A stretch of DNA of 64,000 nt from Octopus vulgaris (GCA_951406725.2 OX597819.1:37572001-37636000), one strand, 5' to 3'. Counted from the stretch's first letter, positions 12,578 through 26,827 are shown. Translations and numbers: made by a program. Notes: a model not told the origin generated them from the sequence alone.

Positions 12578-14125
12578 ATCATCATCATTTAACGTCCGCT
12601 TTCCATGCTAGCATGGGTGGGATGGTTTGACTGGGGTCTGGAAGCCATGGAGGCTGCACCAGGATCTAGTCTGATTTGGTAGTGTTTCTACAGCTGGATG
12701 CCCTTCCTAACGCCAACCACTCCTGAGTGTAGTGGGTGTTTTTTACGTGCCACCGGCACAGGGGCTGGAGCAGGCTGGCAAAACGGTCACGATCGGTTGG
12801 TGCTTTTACGGGTCACTGACACGGACGCCAGCCAGGCGGCGCTGGCATCTGCCACGTTCGGACAGTGCTTTTTACATGTCACCGGCACGGGTGTCATAAC
12901 TACAATTTCCATTTGAATTTTTATTCTAATGTTGATGTACTTGACTCAATAGATCTCCTCAAGAACAACGGGTCACTCTATGATCCAAGGTTAGCACAGC
13001 AGGCCGTCCTGCGAGCCATGAACTCACTTCACTTGTCGGGTCTTCGAAGTCACAGCATATCTCCAGAGGTCTTGGTCTTTCGTCATAGCCTCTGTGGGAC
13101 TCAGAGTACGAAGGTCATGCTTGACCACCTCGTCCCGTGTCTTCCTCTACCCCGGATTCCTTCAACAGTTTGGGAGTGGCACTTCTTCACACATCTCTCC
13201 TCATCCATCTGTAGTACATGACCATACCAACGCAATGGTCTCTCCTGCACGCTGCATCCAATGCTTCTTGTGCCCAACATTTCTCTCAGGGTGCTTACAC
13301 TCTGTCGTGCATGGACACTGACATTACACATCCAGCGGATCATGCTAGCTTCATTTCTTTCAAGCCTACACATGTCCTCCGCAGTCACAGCCCATGTTTC
13401 ACTGCCATGAAGCATGGCAGTTCGCACACATGCGTCATACAATCTACCTTTCACTCTGAGCGAGAGACCCTTTGTCGCCAGTAGGGGAAGAAGCTTCCTA
13501 AACTTTGCCCAGGCTATTCTTATTCTAGTGGTAACATTCTCTGAGCATCCACCCCTGCTACTGACTTGGTCACCTAGGTAGCAGAAACTATCAACAAAAT
13601 GGAATCTGTTCTCTGAGTATCAATGGTGTCTATTGCCCCTATGCATCAGTCGCACACGAAAGCTATCTTCTCAGTTAATTTTCCTTTGATATTGCTGCAC
13701 CTCTTATGTGTCCATAGCTTACACTGGGTACATCTTATGGAGTTTCTACTTACACGTTTTCTACAGATCGAGCAGGGCCACCTACCTGAAGAGGTGTGTG
13801 GTGAGTTTGCCTTCCTACTCACTAGAACTTTGGTCTTTGCTACGTTGACTCTAAGGCCTTTTGATTCTAAACCTAGCTTCCACAACTGAAATTTCTTCTC
13901 TAGTTCCGGTAGTGATTCTGCTATGAGGGCTAGGTCATCAGCATAGAGGAGCTCCCAGGGACAACCCGTCTTAAATTCCTCTGTTATTGCCTGGAGGACT
14001 ATGATGAATAGAAGGGGGCTGAGGGCTGAGATTAGTGGACGCCAACTTCTACCCGGAATTCTTCACTGTACTCATTGCCTATCCTAACCCTACTAACAGC
14101 CTCTCTGTTAAGGGCCTGTACAGCC
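12578..14125 (-). mobile_element. 5'-truncated RTE-clade LINE (RT C-terminal half, 3' UTR and (GAT)n tail)
   Basis: WELLYADDLALIAES (YADD at 13934-13945), GLRVNVAKTKVL, YLGD, MLHGSETWAV and LRWYGHVLQM; includes ORFs 13646-13885 and 13101-13454; stops and frameshifts present. Confidence 0.93.
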
Positions 14126-14134
14126 CCCTTATTA

Positions 14135-14180
<46 letters not shown>

Positions 14181-15464
14181 TAGATAAGTCAAAGTAAGGA
14201 GCACTCTGGGTAAAAGATTATAGAGTTAAATTGTGTGTATTTACATTTCATCTGATTATTCAAATTTTATATCTGATGTTAAAAAGAACATCAATCAGCA
14301 AACATCTTGGATCAATCAGCAAACATTCTATTCATTGTCATAAATTTTATAATCTTACAAGCCAAATGGTACTAAACAAGATCTGTATAAAACACGAATC
14401 TACTTTTAATCTATTCTAAAATAGCCCATGAAAATGTGTATGTACATGCCATCAAAACAGTACATCCATGAAATAGTATGTACATACTACTAAAACATTA
14501 CATACTGTTCAAATATCAATGAAAATGTAAGAAAATTTTCAAACTTTTCAGAACACATGAATGTCAGTGTAGTGGGTACTATAAGCAATTAAATTGACTT
14601 CAGTGCTCACCTAATACTGAGTTTATAGAAGAGCTTATGGAAGAATAAGCCATGATAGAATTTATTAAGCTTGTAAAGAGATGTGACTAAATGCCATAAA
14701 GTATTTTGTTTATCACTTAACTAATTCTGTTAATTCATTGTTCTTGCCATCCTACATTAATTATAATATTGTGAATTGAAAGAATTTGCGAGAAATATAT
14801 ATGACTATTTTACAGACAACCATACTCCTGACCAAAATTCCTATAAAACTGATAAAAACAAAAATTCACTTTGAGCTAACTTGTCAAAGTAAACAAAATT
14901 TCCTGAACAGGCTTCCAGCTATTTTAAACACACATGGTATGTGTGTATAGATGCATGATTTGATGTGTTTATAAAGATGTATGATTTAATGGGTTTATGT
15001 ACATGTGTGTATATTTTAGTGTGTACATATAAGCAAAATCATAATTATGATTTACATCTAATTTAGCAAATACTGATCAAGTATTGTAAAGATATATTTA
15101 CAAAACAAGTTAAACATTATAATTGCTGTGTCAAAATGATTATCTGCATTTAATAATAATTGTGTTAAAGACTAACATGAGTATTACTTCAGTGATTGAC
15201 ATAACATAATATTGACATATTCAGTAAGTTGCTTTTAATGACATCATGATATCAAAGAAAAGAAAAACACAGCAATTCACAAACATAATTTCAAATTAAA
15301 ATGTTAAATGAAATGCTTAATACAAATGAACTTATAAGCATGTTTAATATTCTCACCACCATCACTGACTTTACAATACTGAATGAGAGAAATATTTTCA
15401 ACATTTGGTATTAAAATCAAGTTATCCAAAAAGCAAAAATAAAAAAAGAGAGAAACCAACATAC

Positions 15465-16316
15465 CTTATATAAACATGTATCTACAACTTGATTGCAAAT
15501 GTCTTCAAGACTTTCAGTAATGAGCATTCTACTCCTAACAAAATCACAGAGTTCTTCATTGGACATGACATCCCAAATTCCATCACAAGCAAGTACTAAG
15601 AATTCATCCTTCTCATTTCGACATTCGGTGAAAATTTCTGGCTCAGGAGATACTAACTGCTCACATGGCCCTTTTCCTTCAACATTTTTATATTCAAAGT
15701 CTCCTAGAGCCCGGGATACTGCTAAAGATCCATTGACTCGCTGTATCATAACACTGCCTCCAGCATTCTGTATACGTTCCTTCTCAATAGGATTTACAGG
15801 TTTGTGATCAGTAGTTGAGAACGGACATTTACCATCTCGACACAGCACCGCCCGAGAATCTCCACAATTAGCAAAGAAGATGTGTGTTGGTGAGACAATA
15901 GCACATACTGCTGTAGAGCCACTTTTGTCTTCCCCACTAACCATTTCTGGCATTGTTCGCATGCAGTCATCAAACTTAAGAAAGCCGGTCTTGATGCCTT
16001 TCTGCACATCCATAATAGAGGGAAGGATTTCTGTACCCTGGCTGACATCAAGCTTGCCCCGAAAATCTTCATTGGCAATAATATGCTCCATCAGCTGAGC
16101 TGCACAGCAGGCCGATACCTTAGCTCCAGCATGACCATCGTATACAGCGAAAAAGGACCAGTCAGTGAGGCCATGCGGTAGGCCGATAACTGCCGTGTGG
16201 GCATCCTCCATTTCCACACGCCACCCCTGCATACTGCTGAGGCCAAAATGAAGGCCATTTCCCATTCCCGCTTCATTATGCTTCTCTGTCTTGGGTTTGT
16301 CAAGAAAAGCTCCCAT
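15465..16316 (-). CDS. PPM1A: Protein phosphatase 1A/1B (PP2C alpha/beta family), first coding exon, 284 codons
   Basis: [12 protein letters not shown] start, [49 protein letters not shown] and LACDGIWDV. Acceptor tttttttAG at 16323-16322 (exon starts 16321). Donor AAG|GTATGT after CLYK at 15465, phase 0. Likely co-orthologue of vertebrate PPM1A and PPM1B. Confidence 0.97.
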
Positions 16317-16512
16317 GACAACTAAAAAAATGAAAGAAAAAGAGAAACAAATTAGATTTCAAAAAGAGAAGAAAAGAACATTTAAAATAAATTAAGACAA
16401 TTTAGCAAATATTTTCCAATTCAATAAAAAAACAAAAAAAAATATATCTAAATTTTGTTATTGTAAATTATTACATAGATTGGAAAGTGTCAAAATAAAG
16501 ATTATATATGCA

Positions 16513-16558
<46 letters not shown>

Positions 16559-19239
16559 AATCTGGTACAAATCACCATTAAGTGTAAAGTTAAGGCCAAT
16601 TTATGTAACCATTTACATAATTTATGCAACCAAAACATTGAGGAAAACAAAAACAAATCTACTTAAGAATTTATGTACATTAAAGAATTATTTAATCATG
16701 AATATTTAAAATATTTTCTAAAGAGCTAATTTTGAGATACCTCTACAGTTAACAATTATTTAAATGTGCAGCTCGTTTAAAACTAAAGCTTTATAAATCA
16801 AGATCTCATGAGATAGATAAATGAAAGAATATTTTTTTATTATATTTTGAATCACCAAGAATGAACACGTACAAATACACAACTTCCTCTCCAATTTCCA
16901 AATAAACTTCAGTGCAATACAAAAAGATCAGTAACATCTTAGGAGACATATTCACTAAACCAGTGCTTGATGATTTTGTGGACTGGCATTTATCATTAAA
17001 GCCAACAATCAAATACACAAGACGATATCTGAAATAACTGCTCAGATTTTTTAATGTACCTGATATCAGATATTAGTATAAACAATTTGAGTCAGAAAAG
17101 AGAAACTGATTCAGTGGTAAGGCTTGAATCACAGTTGTTACTGTTTAGGAAGTGATAATATATACCTAAAATCTGTTTGACAACAGAATTGGGAATTTAT
17201 CTATCAAGAAGATATATTGTAAAAACTGAATATTGTATAATTTGACACAAAACTTGGATCAAATAGGTATAGTGACAGAATAATGTACTTATTCAGCCAA
17301 AATATATGGTCCACAAAGAAAATGTTTAGAAATGTCCAGCAAACAACTGAATCAAATTTAGAATTTATGGTACATATTCAAGGAGACAATACCATCAATT
17401 TTCAAATTTAATTTAGAAATTAGTTTAATACAACAGTATTCAATAATATGCTTGTGCCTGGATAGCAGTATTTTACAGATGAATAGAAAAGTACTACTGA
17501 AAAAAGAAAAGAAGTGTTTAAAAGCTGAAAATAGCTTTCTAATGTTGAGTGCAATTTCAACCTCAAAAAAGGGTGAAAATGGTGGTACCATAGAATACCT
17601 TTCATCGTTTTACAATTTTACTGGTTCCAGCCACTCAAAAGATTCTGATTGTTCCAATGACAGTTCTGAATTTTCTCTTATTTGTAAACCATGCATTTAA
17701 TATGTAGCTTGTATTAACATGTTTCAATATTGTACACAGACAAAAAAAAAAGTTTCAAAATTTGTCATTTATTTTCTCTGTCAATGCAAATGTACTACCA
17801 CTGAAGACAAATATGTAATAGTCAGGTCTATTTTTCTTCCAAAACCCTATCAGGAAGTTGAATCTAAATGAGAATAAGTGTTACAGAACTGTATTTTTAA
17901 TACACATCAATAATAATAACATTCACATAATTTATGTGCAAGGAAACATGCAATTAGAAAACTAGAATTCAAAAGTGAAGTTTAAATAAAAGTGTTGAGA
18001 AAATAGTGCAAGGTACTAAAAGCAAAATAATTTGTGTATATTCTATAAAATTTGCTGACAACATCTACCTCTCCTCCTGTAAATTAATTGAAATTGTATC
18101 AAAATTACCAGAAAAATTAATATTTTTATATCTTAGTAGAGATGGACAGTACAACTTAAATTCTGAGGCTTAGATTCAATTTTCTTATATTTACATACAA
18201 AGGTTTATGCACTTTCAACTTCATAACTGCCTTTTCTATTAATTTTAAGGCACTAAATTTGTTTTTATATTCCCTCTCTAAAATGAATAGTCATAACCAA
18301 GATCAGTAAATAAAACTCAGTACAGTAAAAAGCTTTGTTTTCTGGGGCATTATACTCCCCATCCCTGAGATCAATAAAGTTACCAAGTCCTATAAAACAA
18401 TTCTCTCTCCTACTCACACACAACACTGAACTTATATAAAGAACTTGATAAAAAATATAAAATGGATGAACAATTTATGCACAGAAAGAGTGAACAATGA
18501 CATCCCTTCAAAAGAAAAAAAAAAACCAACAACCAAACAATAAATTCATCTATAAAATCGAGATGATGCTTTAAAAGAATGTCATTTTCTGACAAACTGT
18601 GTCAAAACATTACATATAAGGGTTAAAACTATTTAGAACAAGCATTAAATGTTTAAATTAGCATCACACAGAAATCAAGAATGCAAATGATTCTAAATGG
18701 TAGGTTTTTTTCTAGGACAGAATCAGATCAGCTAAATGTCATTTTTTATCATTTTGTTGATAGAAACTTGAAACAGCACTTATGAGTTCTAGAATACAAG
18801 ATTCATTTGGCATCTATCTGCCATTAGACACAGATTATGGTTAAAATTATAAATGTAATTCTTGTTTTGGTGAATCCAAAGTTTGTATAAAAATCAATGA
18901 ACAGTGAAAGATATTGGAAACACAAATGTAAGATATACACTCATAAAAAACACTAACGTATACATAGATAGTCATGTTATTTTTATTATAAAAGGACAAG
19001 TGATTACTTCAATCACCTTCCCCAGTGAATACTTCTGTTGCAATCTGATTAGACAGCCTTACAAAGTTGCACCCCACCTCTGAAATGGCCCACTAGCTAC
19101 TGCAAAAACAACCAATCAGTTATTTTCCTTTGTAGTCTATCCTCTTAAAAATAAACAGTGAGAGAAATTTTATATAAAAGTTTAAGGGAGCCTCTACACA
19201 GGAGGTAGGGAACCCTCAACCACATTCAAATTTGAAGCT

Positions 19240-19555
19240 ACTTGCTGAATTCTCTAAAACCCTTGGTTTCAGGTTCAATCCCACTGTACAACACTGGGTG
19301 TAGTACACTACAGCCCAAGCCTACCATGCCTTGTGAGGGAATTTGGTGGATGGAAACTGTGGAAGCCTGTCATATACACACACAGACATCTGTTACCAAT
19401 TGGATGGATTATATCCCCATAACAGTTTGGCAACAAATACTGATAGAATAAGAACAAAATTTAAAATAATTACTAGTGCCGATGTGATTAACTAAAAGCT
19501 TCTAAGTAGTACCACAGTGTGGTCACAGCCCAATGCCCAAAACAGGAATAAAAGA
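19240..19555 (+). mobile_element. Old copy of the SINE family at 63266-63690
   Basis: ggttcaatcccactg...ccttgtgagggaatttggtggatggaaactg...gatagaataag...gtcacagcccaatg; diverged. Confidence 0.55.
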
Positions 19556-19591
19556 ATGTTTATGAATTTTTAAAAATTTGCTCCTGGAACT

Positions 19592-20771
19592 AATGGGTTG
19601 ACCAAAAAGTCTTCAGATATTGTTGACACCATTAACTTCAAGCACTCTAATAAACAGCTAACTTCAGTTTGTCCCTTGCACATGCACACTCATTATATAC
19701 TTGACACTTCAACATAGTTTGATGCAAATTTGCAACAAGACTGGTTGTATATTGTGTGCTTGGGATCACCCTGAAAGTGGAAAACCAAAATGAACATCAT
19801 TAGCACCTCATCATCATCATCATTTAGCGTCCGTTTTCCATGCTAGCATGGGTTGGACGGTTCTACTGGGGTCTGTGAAGCCAGAAGGCTTCATCAGGCC
19901 CAGTCAAATCTGGCAGTGTTTCTACGGCTGGATGCTTTTCCTAACGCCAACCACTCCGTGAGTGTAGTGGGTGCTTGGGAAATTTTTCAGCTCAATATGC
20001 ACCTCACTCTGGCCAGCCAAAAGTGATTAAAAGTGACACCAACCCGTTATATGACCAGAGTGATCACAGATATTCTCCAAATATCCAAATTGAGAGTTGA
20101 AAACAATCTGCATCAACTTGAACATGTCGGCAGGCTTGAAGTTTGGGTGCCACAGCAATTGAATGAGGCTAACCTTGCTCAATGGATTTCCATTTGTGAG
20201 TCATCACAGAAATGTGAAGAAAATGATCCTATGTTGAAGAGGATGGTGATGGGGGACAAAAAGTGGAGTGTCTGTGTCTAAGGGCAAATGATCACAAGGG
20301 AAGCACAGTAAACCACCACAACCTCCAAAACAGGAATTCACCCAAAGAAGGTGTGTTGCCTTTTACAAGCTTCTTTCAAGGACAAGTCCATCAATTCAGA
20401 TATATTCTGTACTGATCATAAGGGCATTATCTTTCATTATGACAATGCCAGACTGCACACTTCTTTCTAGATGCAGGCTGTACCCTCCACATTCACCCAG
20501 CCTTGCACCTTCAGATTTTTAACAGTTTGGTCTCTTCAAAATTCATTGACTGAACAGATCTTCACTTCTGGAGAGGAAGTAAAAATTCACTTGGAATAGT
20601 TTTTTTGCCAGTAAAGGAAACAAAAATTTGAGCAGAGAATAATGGATCTGCCCACAAGATGACAGAAGATACTGGAATGAAACAATAGTTATATCACTGA
20701 CTGAATAAATCACTTTGTATTTAAAATGTCTTATTTTTGCTTAAACTGAATGGACATTTTGGACAACTCAG
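19592..20771 (+). mobile_element. Decayed mariner (DD34D-type) DNA transposon
   Basis: WVPQQL, MVMGDKKW, HPKKV, IFHYDNARLH and YPPHSPSLAPSDF motifs; imperfect TIRs tgggttgaccaaaaagtc / gacattttggacaactca. Confidence 0.88.
19809..19976 (-). mobile_element. RTE 3' fragment nested in the mariner
   Basis: (CAT)n followed by ttagcgtccgttttccatgctagcatgggttggacgg...gtgtagtgggtgct. Confidence 0.88.
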
Positions 20772-23399
20772 TCAAAAGTTCCCCACTTCTGAACAATGTA
20801 GTCATTACATTTACTAAAAATAGCAGGTAAATTTGCTTAAATCACACTGCCCTCAAGAAGATTTGGCTGCTATCTCTAACAGTTCAAACAACATAAAAGT
20901 ACACTTGTTAAACATCATCAATAAGAATACTTCATTACATAAAACCAACAAGTCCCCACTCGCTTAGTCAATCCAACACAAATCGGGAAAATGTAGACGT
21001 TGAGATCTGTATATACATATACCTATGCTGATTATAAAAAGAAATGTACACTAAAGATTGAACTGATACCAACATCTATGTATATGTATTTACACAGAAT
21101 ATATGTACATTATCCTGTGTTGCTTAATATATACAATCATATATACTAAGATACATACAAGAAATGACATTCAATTTAATTTCTCTTGTAGAAAATTTTG
21201 ATTGAATCTGGAAATACAACAACAAAATGTGGCTTCACTCAATTTTTTAAACCTCACAGTTATTTCAATTTTTTAAATTGATATTTTGAATAAAAGTTCA
21301 TCTGATTTAAATTAAAAGCTCATAAATTAAATTACAGTTCAGTTGATTTGATTTTTTTAAAATATGAGAGTGAAAAGATGTAGACAAAACATTCAAGCAA
21401 CTAAACTAATAAAGACACTTGTTTAGATATAAAGAGTCCAATCTGTAGACTGCTAACTTCAACATGACAAAAGTGATGAAAATAATAAATCAAAAATTCA
21501 CTGATAAGATATAATTCAGAGATATCATAATATCAAAAATAGCTACTTTCAAATTGTCAAAGTTTAAACACCGAGGGAATTATCTAAATTTTGCAAGCTA
21601 TGAGGTTTGTTCAAACTTTGAAAAGACATAACATTCATTTCAAATCATTAGATCAATATACGGAAATTATTCCAAGAACATATCTTGGATATTCATTTCT
21701 AAATTTAAATCAAATTTTAAATAATGCATTACTTTTCACTTGTAGAAAATCTAAAAGAGAAACAAGATTTAATTTCATAAATTCTGATAGACTTCCTAAA
21801 AATATTTAATGACATCTATATAATTACATTTAAAGAGGCTATTCACTAATTCTCCATAAACTTTTTTTGACAAAGACAATAATAAATAAGTCTAAAAGAT
21901 TTTTTTTTTATCTACAAGCAGTAATTATACAGTATTACAGCTACTTATCCAACTGAAAAGTAATAATGAGCACATAAGTTATGGTGGCATAAACTACAAC
22001 ACTATTCTACATGGAAACAATAGAAAATATTTAGCAGTACATTACTGATATTAGAAAATAAACACTTCTACTTAGCGCCAAGATTAAAATAAACTTGTAC
22101 AAAATCAAAATGAAGTCTTAAAAATAGGTCAATTCACAATCTTGAATATATTTTTAAATAAATATTTATGGAGTTTGAAACATGTGCACACATGCTAGCA
22201 TCTCTATAATAAAAATACATGCAGCAAAATCTAAAGGTAGTATATAAACAAGAGGAAATAAAATTTATTTTGCACCAACTGGGAATTTACAATAAATCAT
22301 TGTAAATATTTGCAAGTTACCTTCAGACTCAGCAAGACTGGCAAAATGTTTGGCCCACGATGAGGGATATTCCATATGCTATCTAGAAATATATACATAT
22401 ATACATACACACACACATCCATTCTTAGATAGTTTATACCCCACCCCTACTTAATTACTTCTCTCAACACTTAAGAATTGTCAAGTTTAACTTAAATGTC
22501 AATCATTTTGACTCTTCAGAACAGTGGTGGAATGAAACTTGAAAATATAAGTTATCTATTCACAATGGAAATTAAAAGGTCTAAATTGGGCTCTAAACTT
22601 TAAAACATGGTAATGCAAAACATTCACAAACTTGCTACATTTTGATAAATATTTAAAATACATAAAAAAAAAAAAAAAAAAGATTCTGTATATCTAGTAA
22701 AATTCTAAAACCTCATTTATCTAAAGCCTATAAAAAGACATTACAATAGTGCTAAGAGGCATAAAAGTCTCAATTTTTCTTGTATATTTTTAAATAAATT
22801 CCCTTAAGTATTTACGGGTCAAAATTGGGAAACAATTATTACCAGTTTTTGTAGACAAAAATCTAAAATTAAAAAATATGTAATTAGAGAATATTTTACA
22901 TGATTCTCAAAATGTCTGGATGAAAGTTTCCTAACAAATTAACCTTTCCGGTCTGCCCAATCCATTTGCTTTATCTGTATCACAAAATTAACTACATCTT
23001 GGTTGTATTTAAGTGTCAAGAACAGAAGAAGCATAGATATTCAGAGAGAATAACAGAACTTTCTAAAGCCTAAGAAACTAGTATGTGATACAGCTACTTT
23101 GCTTTCTTTTGAGGTAGCAAGATTTTTAACACAGCAAGGCAGTAAAAAAAAAAAAAAGAGGAGGATGTGAACTTTATCTCTGTGAAATCTATTAACATTT
23201 ACATTGCCTGAATTGTGTCTTTGTTAAGTATAAGCATGTCATAATAGCATACTGACCAAAAGGTCAACAATTTAACAACATTGCCAATTTAAAATACTGA
23301 AAATTTTTTTAATTTTCGATTAAATTCATTAATATTAGAAGTTTTGTTTGCTGGCTGTAAACATACCTACCCATCATGCTGGTCAACTGCTGATTATGT

Positions 23400-24260
23400 A
23401 GGGGCAACAAATAGATAGAACATTCACCTACACAGTGCAGATATCCTTCCATACCAGACTTCATAGTATAAGAAATAACATCCAGATAAGGAAAGGTGTA
23501 TGACCAAGAAATGTATTACCTAAACTTTACATGCCTGAAAAATACTTTTGGACTGCAAGATTGGAGCAGTGAAGAATAAACATCAATGGAAACAACTTAT
23601 GTTGAGAATATCATATTGATAACTAAGTCTGGAAGCGACTAAAAAGAATGAGAGAAATGATGTGCTCCAAGCAAGACCAATGCATTGAAATTTGAACACA
23701 AGCAAAACAAAATCATAAATGACAAGATGACACTGAAAGTGATTACAGTGGAGAAGGATGAAATACAAATTGAAAAATACATATACTTATCTTATGAAAG
23801 AAATAAAGGAAATTAATGTTAGTTTGGGCCACTTTCAACAAGCACATTGTCACTATAAAATCAAACCTCAGTTTGCCTTAAAAGAAAAAAACCTAAAACA
23901 ATGTATAACACCAACAGTCATTTCCAAATCAGAAATGTGGACCCTAATAGCAGAGGCAAAGAAGAAACTGACAGCATACTAACACAAAGAAGATCTATGC
24001 TTGGTATAATTTACAAAAACAGAAAACAAAGAGTGAAGAGATGAAGATGGATAAGCAATATTCTTACCACTGTAAATAAATTATAAAAAAAACTGATGTA
24101 GGCAGAAGATATGTGTAAAGTGACAAACGTTGGGTAAAAATCATTATGGGATGGCGACTAATAATAGGGGAAAAAAACATGAAAGAAATAACAAGATTAA
24201 CAAATACTGGACAACAATCAACTAGTAACATCAAACATGAGAGCAAAAGAACTGGCTGAG
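23400..24260 (+). mobile_element. Old RTE-like LINE RT remnant (different family)
   Basis: QCITPTVISKSEMWTL (compare xCILPxxxYGSETWTL), RSMLGI and DKRWVK; many stops. Confidence 0.6.
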
Positions 24261-26585
24261 CAATAGTGTCAATAACAGTTAAATATCACCAAAAGTATGA
24301 ACAAAAGAATCTAAGCTTTTTTTTAAATGAAAAACATTTTAGACCAACAAATATTTTCCCCTAAATTCATCAGTATGTTTATTGTAAAAAAAAATTCTAT
24401 CTTTTCTCTTTGCCAGTTTTCAAATCTCTTCAAAATTACTTAGTAGCAAACTATCATACTATATAATACAAGATTATTACTCATACAAAAAAGAAAAACA
24501 AAACCCACTATACAATTTAATTTACTCTGGGTTTTCACCTATTTCATATACACAGATCTAAAAATTAAACTCATTTATGTGATATATTTTCTTTCCTTCT
24601 CAGATTATGAGCCTGAGTGATCTGGATTTTCTTTAATGTAAGAAAACCAGATCAAAATAAGAGCATTAAGAACATTTGTAAACTCTTTAAAAACAAAATC
24701 AGAGAAAATTTTAATACATTAAAAGAAGAAAAAACAGCAAACATTTAATTTACCAAATTAATTAGCTGTTTCTACACTTAGTTTCATTATTTCAATCTAT
24801 TTGTGAGTTAGTTAATTTAATGAAGATCAGTTTCTTTTGCTGAACCATGCTTCCTGTTGATGAAGATTCACCAGTGCTGTAGCTAAATGTTTAACTGCTA
24901 TAGAAATTGTTTCCAGAAGTGTGGCTTGATAGTGAATAAACTAGAGTAGGTAAACTGATAAATTTAGTAGCTCATAGTTATAACCTTGAATCTTAGTAAA
25001 GCTGATATGTTGTATTCATATGGGCTATAAGAAAACCAATACACAGCACATCAAGAGTATTCAGCTTATGGGTTGTCCCAAATGTTTTATCCTAGTATTG
25101 ACCAACTGCACAAATGATGATTGAAGCCACACAACCAAATGTTGCAAGATACAATTACAACAATAAAATTTAATTAAATTCATTGATCCTGTTTTAAGTT
25201 ACAAGAGAATTGGCCATGTATATGTGATTTTAATTGGCTTTTATAGAGAGAACATTATTTTTTTGTTTTTTAGTATAAAGACTGTAAAGCAACGTTTGTT
25301 TGTAAGATAGTTTTCACTCATTTTATCATTTTTATCCTCATGAGAAAAGGGCAGAGAACACAAAACTTGATGGGGTCTTATTGGAGTGGGTGAGGTTAGT
25401 ACAGTTAGCCTTTAGCTTAAATTTATAGTTCAACAAAATGTCAAAACTACACAAGCTATGAACTAACAGAACCAATGAAACTAAGATATGCAATATACAT
25501 TACTGACTTGCATGGTAAAATACAAGTAAAACAGATGTATGGCCATTTGTAAATGATATGCAAAATGATAAAGAACAAAAAAAAAAAATTAAACAATCAA
25601 AAAAGGATCAATATTTGGTTGCCTATTCATCTCCAAAGTCTGTACATGCATACACACAGTTCTACCTCCTAAAAAAAAGCTGGATTTTATAAAGTAGCTC
25701 TAATATATATCATAGACAGAAACTCAACTTCAATATCTAAACTGAACGTTTGGATAACTTCAGCTTCCATAATTCAATTAAATTTAAATAACTATTGTTT
25801 ACTAATTATGAGAATAATTGATCGGCTGAATAGTGAAGATTAATTCTTATCAAACTACAGAATATCGAAGCAACATGAAATTACAAACTTTTAAACAATT
25901 AAAGAATCATAACTTGTCTCATATAATCTTTTACATGAACAGATTTAATAGGTCACAATGGCTGTGTCCTCTGTAGTTACTGAGAACATAATTTTTTAAA
26001 CAAAGATTGGCAAATGATACTAGTTCTAGTGTGTAGAAAAGCCTAAAATATTGGCAAATCCACTGAGAAATGTAATCTAAATTGACTGTTTCCATTTAAG
26101 AATAAGTAGACAATTCTTTTGTGTATTTTATACATAATACTTTCCTTTATATCCTTCTCCAGGAGCTCAATTAGCAATTTGAATCTACAAGCTTATGAAA
26201 CACCTATCCATTCGTAGAGAGCTATGACTAAATATGTATTTAAATCCACAAAGAAGATGAGGGGAAGAATCTCAGGGGAGCATCCTGCATACTAAATACA
26301 CGAGCTGTTGGTTGACCTTTTGACTGGCACATTAACTGGCTCCAGTATTTGCTTCACAAATTTACACAAATACTTCATAAAATTCCAACTTTTCTGAGGA
26401 ACGGGAATTAAGACATTTTTCATGGATTCTGGAATTTTTTTAAAATGCAGTTTTATATAGAAAACATAGTAGTCAAACTTATTTCCGTCATGAAGTCTTA
26501 TGCATGGTTTTGAAACAATTGATTAGTACAGATAATTATTCAACTATCTAGAATGATTATATATATATATATATATATATATATA

Positions 26586-26827
26586 CCAACATCGCGCCGG
26601 TGGCACATGTAAAAAGATTCGAGCGAGGTCGTTGCCAGTACCACATGACTGGCCCCCGTGCCGGTGACACGTAAAAAGCACCCACTACACTCTCGGAGTG
26701 GTTGACGTTAGGAAGGGCATCCAGCTGTAGAAACTCTGCCAGATCAAGATTGGAGTCTGGTGCAGTCATCTGGTTCGCCAGCCCATGTTATCATGGAAAG
26801 CGGACGTTAAACGATGATGATGATGAT
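26586..26827 (+). mobile_element. RTE 3' fragment, little diverged
   Basis: CpG-retaining copy ending gcggacgttaaacgatgatgatgatgat; preceded by (TA)n. Confidence 0.9.

Noticed and set aside
1-15400. Next PPM1A/B coding exon (GSRDNMS...)
   Set aside because: Not found by eye; it probably lies outside the window.
15417-15464. Hydrophobic C-terminal tail [15 protein letters not shown] of the 299-aa ORF
   Set aside because: It is read-through past a consensus GTATGT donor into T-rich intron; the conserved GSRDN motif must come from a later exon.
15493-16098. Antisense and alternative-frame ORFs over the phosphatase exon
   Set aside because: Shadow ORFs of a real coding exon, with no independent evidence.
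17358-17700. Overlapping short ORFs upstream of the coding exon
   Set aside because: No recognisable protein and no convincing pair of splice sites.
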